DNA of 63,670 nt, filler included, from Stramenopiles sp. TOSAG23-6 (lineage: Eukaryota): the NCBI GenBank assembly GCA_900128565.1. It is 41 parts of 41 records of this genome, joined end to end, with 100 filler letters (N's around TTAATTAATTAA, not from the genome) between each part and the next. Parts side by side here need not be neighbours in the genome. Positions count along the whole stretch, not along the records: positions 12,553 to 14,017 come from LT639022.1; positions 14,118 to 15,580 come from LT639023.1; positions 15,681 to 17,143 come from LT639024.1; positions 17,244 to 18,706 come from LT639025.1; positions 18,807 to 20,267 come from LT639026.1; positions 20,368 to 21,828 come from LT639027.1; positions 21,929 to 23,389 come from LT639028.1; positions 23,490 to 24,950 come from LT639029.1; 33 more parts are not named here. One strand, written 5' to 3'. The translations under genes and the position numbers were made by a program. Within the stretch, counting starts at the first letter, position 1; each line of letters opens with the position of its first letter. The notes beneath the pieces were generated by a model that was given only the letters and a program-made list of their open reading frames with translations, did not search any database and had not been told where the DNA came from. Below, in pieces: positions 12,621 to 25,050 of the stretch.

Positions 12621-13347
12621 CATGAACGTGAAGTACAATATCACTACACATTTTATTTCGTGTTATTGAGTTTTGAAGACCAATTGAATGTTTGATGCTC
12701 CGTTCTGATCGATAGTTTACTTCCGTTTTCGTGTTTTTCGTGTTTTTCATGTTTTTTGTATGTTTTGTATTTTTTTGAAAATCATGAGGAATAAAAAGTT
12801 GTGTATTTGTTGTATTTGTTGTATTTGATGAATTTGTTGTATTCAAATGTTCAATATGTTGTTGTTGTATACCAGCACTTTTTGTTTGTTCTTTATGTTG
12901 AATTTGTATTTGATTCACTTTATTAAGGTTAAGATTAACGTTAGGGTTAGGGTTATTCGCTTGATTTTCATTTTTTTTTAATTCTTGAATTGTTCGTAAA
13001 CTCAATTGTCTCTGGAAAGCAGTAGCAAGTTCAGTTCCAGGACTTAAACCAGTTGCGTTTTGTAAAATTGCATTCTCTGATCCATTATATTTTGTTTTGT
13101 ATCGTGTGCGACTTTGAGTTTTCTTTGGATTAAAAAGTAGCTGATCAAGTTCATTCTCGAGAGAAGTCTTTAGTTTTTCATTGTCTTCTTGTGGAGTTTT
13201 TGTTGGACTATTTTTGGACGGTGAGATTTTGAGTTTATATTTGACAGACGAAGGAAACTCTCCATGTACTTTCTTTCCTAATGATTCTTCAATTAATATA
13301 AAAGGGTCTTCGCGTAACGCAGCTACATTAACATTTCTAACTTGCAT
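12621..13347 (-). CDS. First exon of an unknown protein
   Basis: ATG ORF ending at a family donor (CAT|GTACG). Confidence 0.55.
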
Positions 13348-13948
13348 GTTTATCGTGAATTTACTTTCCGTATATATGTATAAGATTCACGTTTTTCTAC
13401 TACAGAAAAACGTATCACACAATAGATTGTTCCAGAAACTTATTGTTTTATCCAACACAGATGTTTACTCAGAGTATTGTTATGATAAATAGTAATGGCA
13501 TGCATTAAATATATACGTAGTAATAAGTATTCTATAATACAAAATTCTATATATTACGTACTATTGCGGTATACTTAGAGAGACCAAACTGATTTGATTG
13601 GTTGGTCAAAAAAGACTGGTATAAAAAAAAACAACATTTCGTGTAATTTCATGTGAAAAAAAAAAAAAAAAAAAATTTAATTTTTTTTTTATTTATTTAT
13701 TTTTTTTTATTTTGGACATTTCGACAAACACTTGATTAGTATAATAACCCTAACCCTACTATAAAGTTTATTGAATCATATGACCCATTCGTAACATTTT
13801 AGTATGAACATAATCTTTAGCTAAACCATCTTGGAGAGGAATTATACAAGGAATTCGTTCAGTTACCTATTTTGTGAAAAATACAATTAAAATTTGATAA
13901 TTTTTTTGTTAGGTACAAAATTTACTACGAAAAAAAAATTTCAAAATT

Positions 13949-13991
<43 letters not shown>

Positions 13992-14156
13992 GTAAAAATT
14001 TTCTTTTAAAAAAAAAANNNNNNNNNNNNNNNNNNNNNNNNNNNNNNNNNNNNNNNNNNNNTTAATTAATTAANNNNNNNNNNNNNNNNNNNNNNNNNNN
14101 NNNNNNNNNNNNNNNNNAAATTTTTTTTTTTTTTTTTTTTTTCTTTGGGAAAAAAA

Positions 14157-14199
<43 letters not shown>

Positions 14200-14214
14200 T
14201 TTTGTACAATATAG

Positions 14215-15336
14215 GGTAGTAGTGGTTATACTAGTGTTATTCATTCAGGCTATGCTTCATTAAATGATTCACAGGCCCCATCAAGACAATTATCTGGTAT
14301 TGGTTCACCAACAATGATGATGTCATCACGTCCATTAAGTTCAAGTAGTAGTCATCAGAACCCTAACCCTACTGGGCGATCTTCATCGACTAACCCTAAC
14401 CCTAACTCAATGTCATTTCGCCCCATTTTGAATTTATCTACTGGAAATACTCCTTCTATTGCATCATCTGATTCAAGACAATTATCACCAACATTGTTTA
14501 TGGGTACATCTACATTGAATACAGCAGTTGGGACACGAAAAAATAGTATTTCAAGTTCAACTGGGGTAGGGTTAGGGCTCAATTTGATAGGAAGTGGAAT
14601 TCAAACACCAATACATGAAAAGATACCCGGTACCGATCAAAATAATGATCATACCATCATGGCAGCTGAACTCGCTGATGCTTTGCGTAATTTACCTTCA
14701 GATGGATTGTCATCTAGTGATGAAGGAAAAAATAAAATGACAATGGCCGCTGCCTTTGCTGATGATCTGTTGCAATTAGATGATGATGATGATGAAAGTG
14801 ATGATGATGGTGAAAGTGATGATGATGATAAAAAAGATGATATATATAGTAAAGATAATGATGATTTCTTGGATCAGAGAGATGGTGGAATCTTGGATAA
14901 TATCAGTAGTAATACACTAAAAAATGATGAAAATGATGATGAAAATGAAGAAGATGGTGAAAGTGATGATGATGAAAGTGATGATGATGAAAGTGATGAT
15001 GATGAAAGTGATGATGATGAAAATGATGATGAAAATGATGATGAAAGTGATGATGAAAGTGATGATGATGATGATGATGATGAAAATGATGATGATGAAA
15101 ATGATGATGAAAGTGAAAATGATGAAAATTCAACTGATGATGAAGAAAAAAATAAACGACAATCACAAAAAATAATTCTGCAAACTCAAGTGGATGAATT
15201 AAATGACCGAATCAATAAATTAGAAAAAAGAATAGAAAATACAAGTAATGCAACAATGCGTATGAGAAGGGAAAAACAATTAGAAGAACAGAAAAAAAAT
15301 CGTGAAGATTTAATTAGAAAAATGAATGATTTTTGA
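14215..15336 (+). CDS. Last exon, Ser-rich then Asp/Glu-rich acidic protein with coiled-coil end
   Basis: 340-aa ORF with GATGAT/GAAAGT microsatellite-coded acidic tract. Confidence 0.65.
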   Translation, partial: GSSGYTSVIHSGYASLNDSQAPSRQLSGIGSPTMMMSSRPLSSSSSHQNPNPTGRSSSTNPNPNSMSFRPILNLSTGNTPSIASSDSRQLSPTLFMGTSTLNTAVGTRKNSISSSTGVGLGLNLIGSGIQTPIHEKIPGTDQNNDHTIMAAELADALRNLPSDGLSSSDEGKNKMTMAAAFADDLLQLDDDDDESDDDGESDDDDKKDDIYSKDNDDFLDQRDGGILDNISSNTLKNDENDDENEEDGESDDDESDDDESDDDESDDDENDDENDDESDDESDDDDDDDENDDDENDDESENDENSTDDEEKNKRQSQKIILQTQVDELNDRINKLEKRIENTSNATMRMRREKQLEEQKKNREDLIRKMNDF

Positions 15337-15680
15337 AAAAAATAAAAAAAAAATTTTAAAATTAGAAAAATATATGATTTTTGAAAAAAATAAAAAAATA
15401 AAAAAAATATAAATTTTTAAATACTCTTTTTCTTTTTAAAATCAAACCAATAAATAAATTTATTAGAAATCATTTATACACATGTAATTATTGTAATACA
15501 ATGAATAATGATTATGTGCACATTCTACATTCAAACATCATCATATAATTGAGAAATTAGCATTTATTTTTTAAATACATNNNNNNNNNNNNNNNNNNNN
15601 NNNNNNNNNNNNNNNNNNNNNNNNTTAATTAATTAANNNNNNNNNNNNNNNNNNNNNNNNNNNNNNNNNNNNNNNNNNNN

Positions 15681-15719
15681 AAATTTTTTTTTTTTTTTTT
15701 TTTTTCTTTGGGAAAAAAA

Positions 15720-15762
<43 letters not shown>

Positions 15763-17143
15763 TTTTGTACAATATAGGGTAGTAGTGGTTATACTAGTGT
15801 TATTCATTCAGGCTATGCTTCATTAAATGATTCACAGGCCCCATCAAGACAATTATCTGGTATTGGTTCACCAACAATGATGATGTCATCACGTCCATTA
15901 AGTTCAAGTAGTAGTCATCAGAACCCTAACCCTACTGGGCGATCTTCATCGACTAACCCTAACCCTAACTCAATGTCATTTCGCCCCATTTTGAATTTAT
16001 CTACTGGAAATACTCCTTCTATTGCATCATCTGATTCAAGACAATTATCACCAACATTGTTTATGGGTACATCTACATTGAATACAGCAGTTGGGACACG
16101 AAAAAATAGTATTTCAAGTTCAACTGGGGTAGGGTTAGGGCTCAATTTGATAGGAAGTGGAATTCAAACACCAATACATGAAAAGATACCCGGTACCGAT
16201 CAAAATAATGATCATACCATCATGGCAGCTGAACTCGCTGATGCTTTGCGTAATTTACCTTCAGATGGATTGTCATCTAGTGATGAAGGAAAAAATAAAA
16301 TGACAATGGCCGCTGCCTTTGCTGATGATCTGTTGCAATTAGATGATGATGATGATGAAAGTGATGATGATGGTGAAAGTGATGATGATGATAAAAAAGA
16401 TGATATATATAGTAAAGATAATGATGATTTCTTGGATCAGAGAGATGGTGGAATCTTGGATAATATCAGTAGTAATACACTAAAAAATGATGAAAATGAT
16501 GATGAAAATGAAGAAGATGGTGAAAGTGATGATGATGAAAGTGATGATGATGAAAGTGATGATGATGAAAGTGATGATGATGAAAATGATGATGAAAATG
16601 ATGATGAAAGTGATGATGAAAGTGATGATGATGATGATGATGATGAAAATGATGATGATGAAAATGATGATGAAAGTGAAAATGATGAAAATTCAACTGA
16701 TGATGAAGAAAAAAATAAACGACAATCACAAAAAATAATTCTGCAAACTCAAGTGGATGAATTAAATGACCGAATCAATAAATTAGAAAAAAGAATAGAA
16801 AATACAAGTAATGCAACAATGCGTATGAGAAGGGAAAAACAATTAGAAGAACAGAAAAAAAATCGTGAAGATTTAATTAGAAAAATGAATGATTTTTGAA
16901 AAAAATAAAAAAAAAATTTTAAAATTAGAAAAATATATGATTTTTGAAAAAAATAAAAAAATAAAAAAAATATAAATTTTTAAATACTCTTTTTCTTTTT
17001 AAAATCAAACCAATAAATAAATTTATTAGAAATCATTTATACACATGTAATTATTGTAATACAATGAATAATGATTATGTGCACATTCTACATTCAAACA
17101 TCATCATATAATTGAGAAATTAGCATTTATTTTTTAAATACAT
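15681..17143. repeat. Exact duplicate of contig 14118-15580 (redundant contig)
   Basis: Identical sequence and identical ends. Confidence 0.95.
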
Positions 17144-17245
17144 NNNNNNNNNNNNNNNNNNNNNNNNNNNNNNNNNNNNNNNNNNNNTTAATTAATTAAN
17201 NNNNNNNNNNNNNNNNNNNNNNNNNNNNNNNNNNNNNNNNNNNAT

Positions 17246-17278
<33 letters not shown>

Positions 17279-17313
17279 GTTAGGTACAAAATTTCATACT
17301 AAAAAAAACATAC

Positions 17314-17985
17314 CAGCTGGTTTTGATAAATCTCTATAAATTTTAGGATTTCTTAAATCTAATTCTTTTGAAGTATAATCACATAAAACCCATGGAAAAA
17401 TAGGATATTGTGCTAAATCATTATATGTTCTACCGGCATAATAGTTAATACGTAATAAAAATTCAAAATTTGAGATTTCACGTTTTTTCCATTTTGATAA
17501 AACTTTAGAAGCTGCAAATCGTTGAGCAGCTGTTGTGTTTTCTGAGCACCACTCTGAAATTTTAGGTATTTTACAAGATCGAAATCGTCGATACATTTTA
17601 TCACGCATTTTTCGTGTTTTCATATTGAAAAAACATGTATTTTTGGAAAATATTTTTTAGAATTTCAAAACAATTCGGGTGAGTACTATGAAAAAAAAAA
17701 TTTTTGAAATTAAAAAAAAAAACTTTTTGAAATTAAAAAAAAAAATTTTTAAATTAAAAAAAAAAAAAAAAGTTAAAGTGACAATTATTCGATACACGCA
17801 GATTTTTCAGAACCAGCCCAAAACAATTCTAAAGCACATTGTTGCATTTGATACCGTCGTAATTCAACTGCAACAAGTGATTTAAGATACCATTGATCTG
17901 CTCCCATTGATTGTAGTAATAACGATTTAAATTTAGATTTATATTTGTTTTTCTTTTCAAAAGGGTTTGCATTTCCTGCAGGGTT

Positions 17986-18025
<40 letters not shown>

Positions 18026-18653
18026 AAGACAGGTACAGGATCTGGAATAAACCGAAGCCGCTTATATCCAAGAAGTAATCGTCCAGGTGTTGATTGCATT
18101 GGTGTAATCCATTCACATTCAGCTTCAAATAAGATGTATTTTGGAAAAATATTTCAAAATTTTCTAAAAAAAAATTTGTTAGGTACAAAATTTTTATAAA
18201 AAAAAAAATCGATTTTTTTTTTTTTTCGGTAAAAAAAAAAATAAATAAAACATACATATTTTGTACAGTTGATGTTGGTTCCTCTGTTTTGGAGTGAGAG
18301 TCTCCATTGAATTGATCAATACTTTTACGATTTGTACTTAAATTTGTACCAAAATTTGTACCTAAAAGTGAATTCGAATTTGCAGCTTCAGATTCGCCAC
18401 CAACACCTTTTTCACGACGAGCCATCAAAGTTTTTTTCAAAATCATCCAAAAGACCAATCATTTTTGTATTTTTTATATTTTTATCATTTTTTTCAAAAT
18501 CATCCAAAAGACCAATCATTTTTGTATTTTTTATGTTTTTATCATTTTTTTCAAAATCATTATTTTCATTAGGGTTAGGGTTATGATTACGTTTTTTAGT
18601 CCAGATACTAGCTTCTGTATATTTTTGACCCGCCCAATTTCTATCAAGAAGAA
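17314..18653 (-). CDS. PH-BEACH domain protein fragment; introns 18134-18255, 17635-17795
   Basis: [45 protein letters not shown]...LDL....YRDLSKP; contains a polyQ tract. Confidence 0.92.
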
Positions 18654-18864
18654 TGTATTTTGGAAAAATATTTGAAAAAAAAAAACTTAAATTTGTTAGG
18701 TACAAANNNNNNNNNNNNNNNNNNNNNNNNNNNNNNNNNNNNNNNNNNNNTTAATTAATTAANNNNNNNNNNNNNNNNNNNNNNNNNNNNNNNNNNNNNN
18801 NNNNNNCGAAATTTTGTACCTAACAATTTTTTTTTTTTTTTTGAAATATTTTTCCAAAATACAT

Positions 18865-19174
18865 GGATCACGCAATGACTAATATTACATCAATATTAAA
18901 ATCTATGCAAGGAGTTCAAATTAGTGCAATTGAAAGACGTGGATTTTTGACTGTGTCATACTCCAAAATTTCCATGACATTGACCATCTTTTCCAGTGAA
19001 GAAGAGTTGTTACTTGATACATCTCAAGTATTGGAATTACATTGGACTGGAGGGACTGATTCATCTGCATGGATACGTTTTATTATAGACATCCGTGAGT
19101 TAATTAAGAGTATTGGTCATCGGAAAGTAAGGCAACGTTCTTCATCAAATAAACGACAACTCTCCACGTCATGA
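18865..19174 (+). CDS. Last exon, possible KA1-like kinase C-terminal domain
   Basis: Follows a family acceptor; VLEL.W.GG.D...W..F pattern. Confidence 0.4.
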
Positions 19175-19303
19175 TAAAAAAAATGCTTACTGATAGATTA
19201 ATAAATTTTTCAATAATTGTAGCGTTTATTTAAATTGAGTTATACATATACATTTGTATTTTTTTTTTTCGTACGCAATTTTGTACCTAACAAATTTTTT
19301 TTG

Positions 19304-20215
19304 TCAAGTCAAAGGTTCTCCACCAGCTAGGCGGCCTGATAGTTGAAGCATTTCTTCAATGTATAATTTTCCAAATTTTGCTTTTAGCCAAATGACAATT
19401 TTACCCCATAACTTTTCTCGTGCTTTCGTTGCCAGGACAAATTCCTTCTTGTCATTTTTTAATGAAGGAATTTGTGGGACACCCGTGATATGTGGACTCA
19501 GTGATGTATATTGTCGACGTTTCGGATCCCAGATGCGTAATTCTTCCACATAATGAGGAAGGGGATATGAAAGAGAATCATTATCTATACTTAAACTATT
19601 TTCACATTCTTTGGTATCTCTCCTATCATCTATTTTGATATCTATATCTTCAGGAAATACTTTGGATCCAAACAAACCACTTGGAAGTCCTTGCTTCAAC
19701 ATACTTCTAAAAGCCATCGATCTCGCACCTGTATCGCTCGTTCCAGCAGAAGGATTTGCATACTGTAATAAGAGATGTCGCCACTCTGAAAATGCTTTAG
19801 ATCTCATATTTTCTAATGCATCTAAACAAACAGTACTTAATCGCCATGTTGACGAATCTCCCTTTTCTTGACCGAAATTATTTCTTCTATGTTTTCTTTT
19901 AGATTTTAAGCCTTCTTTTCTATATACATGCGATTTTGATGCAAAACGATACTCTACTAACAAAGAAGGAGATACTCGATGACCAGCCTTACACATACTA
20001 CTTCCGGAGCAAGTACCCCATAGAGGTTTAATATCAATATCTTTTTTATTTTTCGATTTCATTCCCTCTACAACGATAAATTCACCCAGGGAAATTCCCA
20101 AAGGAGTAGAATTTTCATAATGAACTTCGACCGAAAGTATCCGCTGTGATGCTTTATTTGTATTGAATAATTTGGGGAATGCTCTTCTCCAAATACCAAC
20201 TCTTCTCTCAGTCAC
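19304..20215 (-). CDS. Last exon of an unknown protein (~300 aa)
   Basis: Long ORF starting at a family acceptor (CAATACAT). Confidence 0.65.
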   Translation of the reverse strand: MTERRVGIWRRAFPKLFNTNKASQRILSVEVHYENSTPLGISLGEFIVVEGMKSKNKKDIDIKPLWGTCSGSSMCKAGHRVSPSLLVEYRFASKSHVYRKEGLKSKRKHRRNNFGQEKGDSSTWRLSTVCLDALENMRSKAFSEWRHLLLQYANPSAGTSDTGARSMAFRSMLKQGLPSGLFGSKVFPEDIDIKIDDRRDTKECENSLSIDNDSLSYPLPHYVEELRIWDPKRRQYTSLSPHITGVPQIPSLKNDKKEFVLATKAREKLWGKIVIWLKAKFGKLYIEEMLQLSGRLAGGEPLT

Positions 20216-20367
20216 ATGTATTGTAAAAAAAATTAAATTCGAAATTTGTTAGGTACAAAATTTCGTANNNNNNNNNNNNNNNNNNNNNNNNNNNNNNNNN
20301 NNNNNNNNNNNTTAATTAATTAANNNNNNNNNNNNNNNNNNNNNNNNNNNNNNNNNNNNNNNNNNNN

Positions 20368-20707
20368 TCTTAAAAAGTTGAAAAAAAAAAAGAAGAAAAA
20401 AAAAAAGAAGAATGAAAAAAAATCTGAAGGAAAATCTGAAACGGAAGACGATGCGACGGCTCCGAATGATTCTGAAGACTCTACTGAAAAGGCTAATGGA
20501 GAGGAGACAAAAAATGATGAAGAAGAGTCAAAGAACGAAAATAATGTTGATCAAGATGATGAAAATAATGTTGATCAAGATGATGAAAATAATGTTGATC
20601 AAGATGACGAATCAACAGCCGATGAAAGTGATGACGATTCTAATACTGACAAAGATGAAAAAAACAGTGATGAACAAGATAATAGTGTTGAGAAAGAAGA
20701 CCTTTAA
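20368..20707 (+). CDS. Acidic C-terminus of an ER-resident protein ending KEDL
   Basis: Asp/Glu-rich tail with a KDEL-like signal before TAA; 24-bp ENNVDQDD repeats. Confidence 0.6.
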
Positions 20708-21345
20708 AATTTTTAATTTTTTTTATTTTTGTTAGTTTTTGTTACCATTAAAAATTTGATTACGAAATTCTTGAATTTTTGACCGTTTCGACTTTTTCAT
20801 TTCTTTTTGGTGCAGAATCGCATCAATGGTACCTTATAGCGTATATTCTGGGCTAGAACAATAATTTGGAAAATTGCGAAATTAGGGTAAGGGTTAATTC
20901 TTATGACCATGTAAGGTCCAAAAGTGGTTATTTATGTGTACGAGTTGAAGACCCAAAATGGAAAACCAGAGGTCAGAATGAGTCAATTCTCAAAAAAACA
21001 ATAAACAATTAGAACAGCTGCAATATTTTCTAGATGGAATTTTAAATCGAAATTGATATGTTTTTTAGGTATATAAAATTTTGTACCGAAAAAGAATTTA
21101 ATAAAAATGTAGTGTGAATCTTTTGTAAAAGTATTTTTATAGTAATGACTTGAAAATATTCGAAAATATTCTACAGACCTTGCGAATAATTAGTAAATAA
21201 ATAAAAATAGTGATACACATAGAAACATATGTCAGTCTTGGATTGGATATGCAATAAATATTTTTACATATTTTTTTGACCCTCATCGATGGTCCTATGA
21301 AATCTAGAATCATTTAGATCAAAATCACCCGGTTGATAAGTAACA

Positions 21346-21807
21346 TCACGAGAATCGCGAAAGTATTGATCGTAAAAGTAACCCCAATCCTACTAATCCA
21401 CTCAATGCTAAAATTGCTATTGAGGGTAAGAACGTACTATCTCTGCCAGTTTCTGTATCAACTTCTTCCGTGTCAGTTTCTTCTTCTTTCTCTGAGCTGG
21501 TGGCAGTAGCAACAGCACGAAATTTGCCATGTTTGGGTTTTTCAACTAACTGGCTCAACACCAGCTGATTCACCGGATACAACCTTGACAAATAATCCAA
21601 TACTCGCTCGGTTTCAAGAGCTGATTTGTACTTGCGTTCTAGCTCCAGGGTTGGATCCAGCGGTGGTTCAGGTCCCAGGGTCGGCCAATTATCTCCATTA
21701 GTTGCAACATACAAACTGTTTAAAGCATCCCTTTCTTCGCTAGGTACTGCACCCTCAGCGCAATAAGTGTTAGATACCATCAATAGTACAAGTAATTTCA
21801 TCATCAT
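21346..21807 (-). CDS. Small type-I membrane protein: signal peptide, LRR N-cap motif, C-terminal TM
   Basis: EERDALNSLYVATNGDNW motif; hydrophobic N- and C-termini. Confidence 0.55.
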   Translation of the reverse strand: MMMKLLVLLMVSNTYCAEGAVPSEERDALNSLYVATNGDNWPTLGPEPPLDPTLELERKYKSALETERVLDYLSRLYPVNQLVLSQLVEKPKHGKFRAVATATSSEKEEETDTEEVDTETGRDSTFLPSIAILALSGLVGLGLLLRSILSRFS

Positions 21808-21982
21808 TTTTTATGTATAGGTACTATANNNNNNNNNNNNNNNNNNNNNNNNNNNNNNNNNNNNNNNNNNNNTTAATTAATTAANNNNNNNNNNNNNNNN
21901 NNNNNNNNNNNNNNNNNNNNNNNNNNNNGTACGAAATTTTGTACCTAACGATTTTTTTTTGAAATATTTTTCCAAAATACAT

Positions 21983-23303
21983 GATTACAGTTTTGTGAGA
22001 GGATTTGACATATCTTCTGTAATCAATGCCATGACATTGCACCCAGAAATAATGAAATACGTTACATTATTGCATCGATCTACGGAGCATGTATGTTTTA
22101 TTATTTTTTTTCAATTTCGAATTTATTTTTCATACGAAATTTCGTACCTAACGAATTTAATTTTGAAATATTTTTCCAAAATACATTATGAATATCAATT
22201 CATGTCAAAATATGGTATTGATGTTGGTAGAAATACCACAATGATTCCAAAAAATGTTGGTATATTCATACCTCTCCCTTTTTTTTATGACAAGACACAT
22301 ATTGCACGTGTTGATTTCTATGAAAATTTTGTCTTTTCCCCTGAAAATAGTGGATGTACATTAAAACGAGGTGATTTTATTGAAGACAAATTCGGTCAAA
22401 TGCAGCTTAAAGATTGTATTAAAAATGGCATGTATGTTTTATTTTTTTTTTAAACAAAAAAATCGATTTTTTTTTTATAAAAATTTTGTACCTAACAAAT
22501 TTAAGTTTTTTTTTTTTCAAATATTTTTCCAAAATACATGTCAGCCCATCGAAAATATGGCACTTGGATATTTGATGACTCAGGAGACCCCAGTGACTCA
22601 ACTGGTTTGACTATTAGTATGTTTTATTTTTTTCAATTTCGAGTTTTTTTTTCGTACGAAATTTTGTACCTAACAAAAATATTACAAAAAAAAAATATTT
22701 TTCAAAATATATGTGGAGCTCAACGATCGTCTGATCCAGTCATAACCCATTTACATGTACATTTTCATCATTAATTTCAAATTTATTTATTTTACTGTGA
22801 AAATTCTGCACCTAACAAAAAAAACAATCTTTACTATTTTTTCACCTTATATGGACGTATATTTATGACTTGTAAAGTTGGAAATAAGAGTGTAAGACAA
22901 CCTCAACTAGGGGAATCCTTTTCTAAAAATTGTGAGATAGACCATCACATGCTAATGAGTGAAATTATAAAAAACCCTAACCCTAATAGTCCAAAAATAA
23001 ATGCAGGTATTTCACGCGCTACAAAGATTCGCAATGATATGTTCGCAGTTGAAACGTTTTATGCAAATGTGATAAAAAACGAAGCTCTAAGTTTTCGCTC
23101 AGTTTTACCCAAACGCCTTCCAAGGACATTTGCCCCAAAAATCAAGAGGTTAATTAATCTAGCGACTCCATTGCCAAGCTTACAAATTGAGTTACAAGAA
23201 ATACAAAAGATTTTCGGAAGTAGTCTCTTACGTAAAACTGCTTCAGCATCTGCACGTTTATCTGAGACCGCGAAAAAAGTAAGAGCACGGCGACAAACTT
23301 TGA
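21983..23303 (+). CDS. Unknown protein fragment with four complete GT-AT introns (22091-22186, 22432-22539, 22617-22712, 22757-22852)
   Basis: One open frame is obtained when all four elements are removed at GT..AT. Confidence 0.75.
22091..22186 (+). mobile_element. Near-consensus family intron with AT direct repeat at both junctions
   Basis: CAT|GTATGTTTT...CATACGAAATTTCGTACCTAAC...GAAATATTTTTCCAAAATACAT|TAT. Confidence 0.88.
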
Positions 23304-23489
23304 TGTATGTTTTAATTTTTTTTTGCCTATTTTGTTTTCGTACGAAATTTTGTACCTAACGATTTTTTTTGAAATATTTTTCCAAAATANNNNNNNNNNN
23401 NNNNNNNNNNNNNNNNNNNNNNNNNNNNNNNNNTTAATTAATTAANNNNNNNNNNNNNNNNNNNNNNNNNNNNNNNNNNNNNNNNNNNN

Positions 23490-24950
23490 CTCAACTTTAT
23501 CTAGGGAAGCGTACAAGGCAGACGCATTACTTGCTTTGTTCAGAATTTTTTTCTGTGCTGAAAGTGAAGCTTTCTCATCATCATCAACCGGGCAATCTAA
23601 ATCCCAATGAACCTGATTAGCTTTATGTACGGCATACACTTGAAAATACATGGAAGCTTTATCGATGAGAGAAGAATATAATGCTGGCGTTAAATTTGTC
23701 TTTGTAACAAATGTATAACCAAATACAGGTGCTCCGCATTTTTCTCTGACTGTAGATGTTTTATACTTATATGGAATATGCGAGTAACCTGGTTGAGTTG
23801 AATCATGCTTATCCACAGAAAAGGGGTCAGTGTGCTCTACCCATACACTATCTAGTTTCGGACGATCAACACCAGATAAAGCAGTTGCAGATAAAATAGA
23901 TAAAGTTATTTGAACAGGGTGTCCTAAAAACCGTGAAGCTGTCATAGATATATCCTTGCGATTTTGTCGGTCAATATACGCTTTTTGTTGGTCAATATAT
24001 GTTTTATGCCATGTACTATCATTCATTTCGCGCGCAACAAAGGTCATTTCACTAGTTTTACGGTGTATATTAGGAGTCCAGTCTATAGCAAACAACTCTC
24101 TAGCACGAAAATGACGGATCACATTCCAGTCTGCTGAAGAATTTGATACTCTATTTAAATTATTAATGCATCGATTTGCCAAGTCAATTCGAAACCTTTC
24201 GGGATTTCTCCATGTTGCCTTTCCCAGGCGCCTATTATAATAATATTTTGGTGCTGCATCCATAGTTACATGTGTTGAATTATAAGATACCCAATGAGAA
24301 TCTTGCAAATGAGTACTCTCTTTACACAGTCAATCTTTATTTTACATCTTCGCTGTTCCAATGATTTTCGAATTAAATGATTACCTTGATACTTTTCGTG
24401 GGTTCTCAAAAGTAAAACATTTTGCGAAAGTGAAGAATTTAATTCATCGATAATACTCGCATGCTCTTGAGTGTTTGCTTTTACAATAAGATTACGAAAT
24501 TCTTCTAAAGATATATTAAGCAAGGATGCCGAATACTCTGCAATTAATATACCAATTGCTTGAAGTCTAAATAAACATTGATTAAATTGAGATATTCTAT
24601 TAGAATCCAATCTGAAACAAACAGATTTGTGAACTGTTTTGATAACATCAATGTTTTGCAATAAATTATCTTTTCGATTATTCAAATTTTTTACCGCATG
24701 GGAAGTGAAAAAGATGAGTCTTCGGCAGAGATAGCTGCGTAGTAACTTTTGTATTTTTGTTGCAGCGATAGTTTTTTCACAATATAATGAATTTTGACCC
24801 CAAATGAAATTTGCTCTCTCTATTTCATCTTCAGTCATTCTTTGGAACCCAAATATCTTTTTTGAATTAGTTATTGCGATACACTGCACCACAATACTAT
24901 GAAAACTACAGTATTGGACAACATGTCCATCAATAGAAACAAGTCTCCAG
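23490..24950 (-). CDS. IQ, WW and C2-like domain protein fragment; frameshift near 24300
   Basis: AATKIQKLLRSYLCR; YYYN...GKATW..P; ITLSILSATAL...PVF. Confidence 0.65.
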
Positions 24951-25050
24951 NNNNNNNNNNNNNNNNNNNNNNNNNNNNNNNNNNNNNNNNNNNNTTAATT
25001 AATTAANNNNNNNNNNNNNNNNNNNNNNNNNNNNNNNNNNNNNNNNNNNN

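Noticed and set aside
14903-15175. Poly-His and poly-Met ORFs; poly-Cys ORF at 17945; poly-Leu/Ser/Phe ORFs at 49608-49846
   Set aside because: Alternative frames of the acidic tract, the polyQ tract and the CTT microsatellite.
14118-17143. Tandem gene duplication (also 52979-55964)
   Set aside because: Identical contigs with identical ends, adjacent only because of length sorting.
22091-22852. Ciliate-like DNA-eliminated IESs
   Set aside because: Disfavoured because the elements are sense-oriented with a branch-like CTAAC, and the junction repeat is often imperfect. It is not fully excludable without RNA and DNA reads.
21959-23359. Recurrent peptides SYEILYLTN / FVRNFVPN / RTKFCT / LGTKF as a protein repeat family
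   Set aside because: They are translations of the intron motif in different frames.
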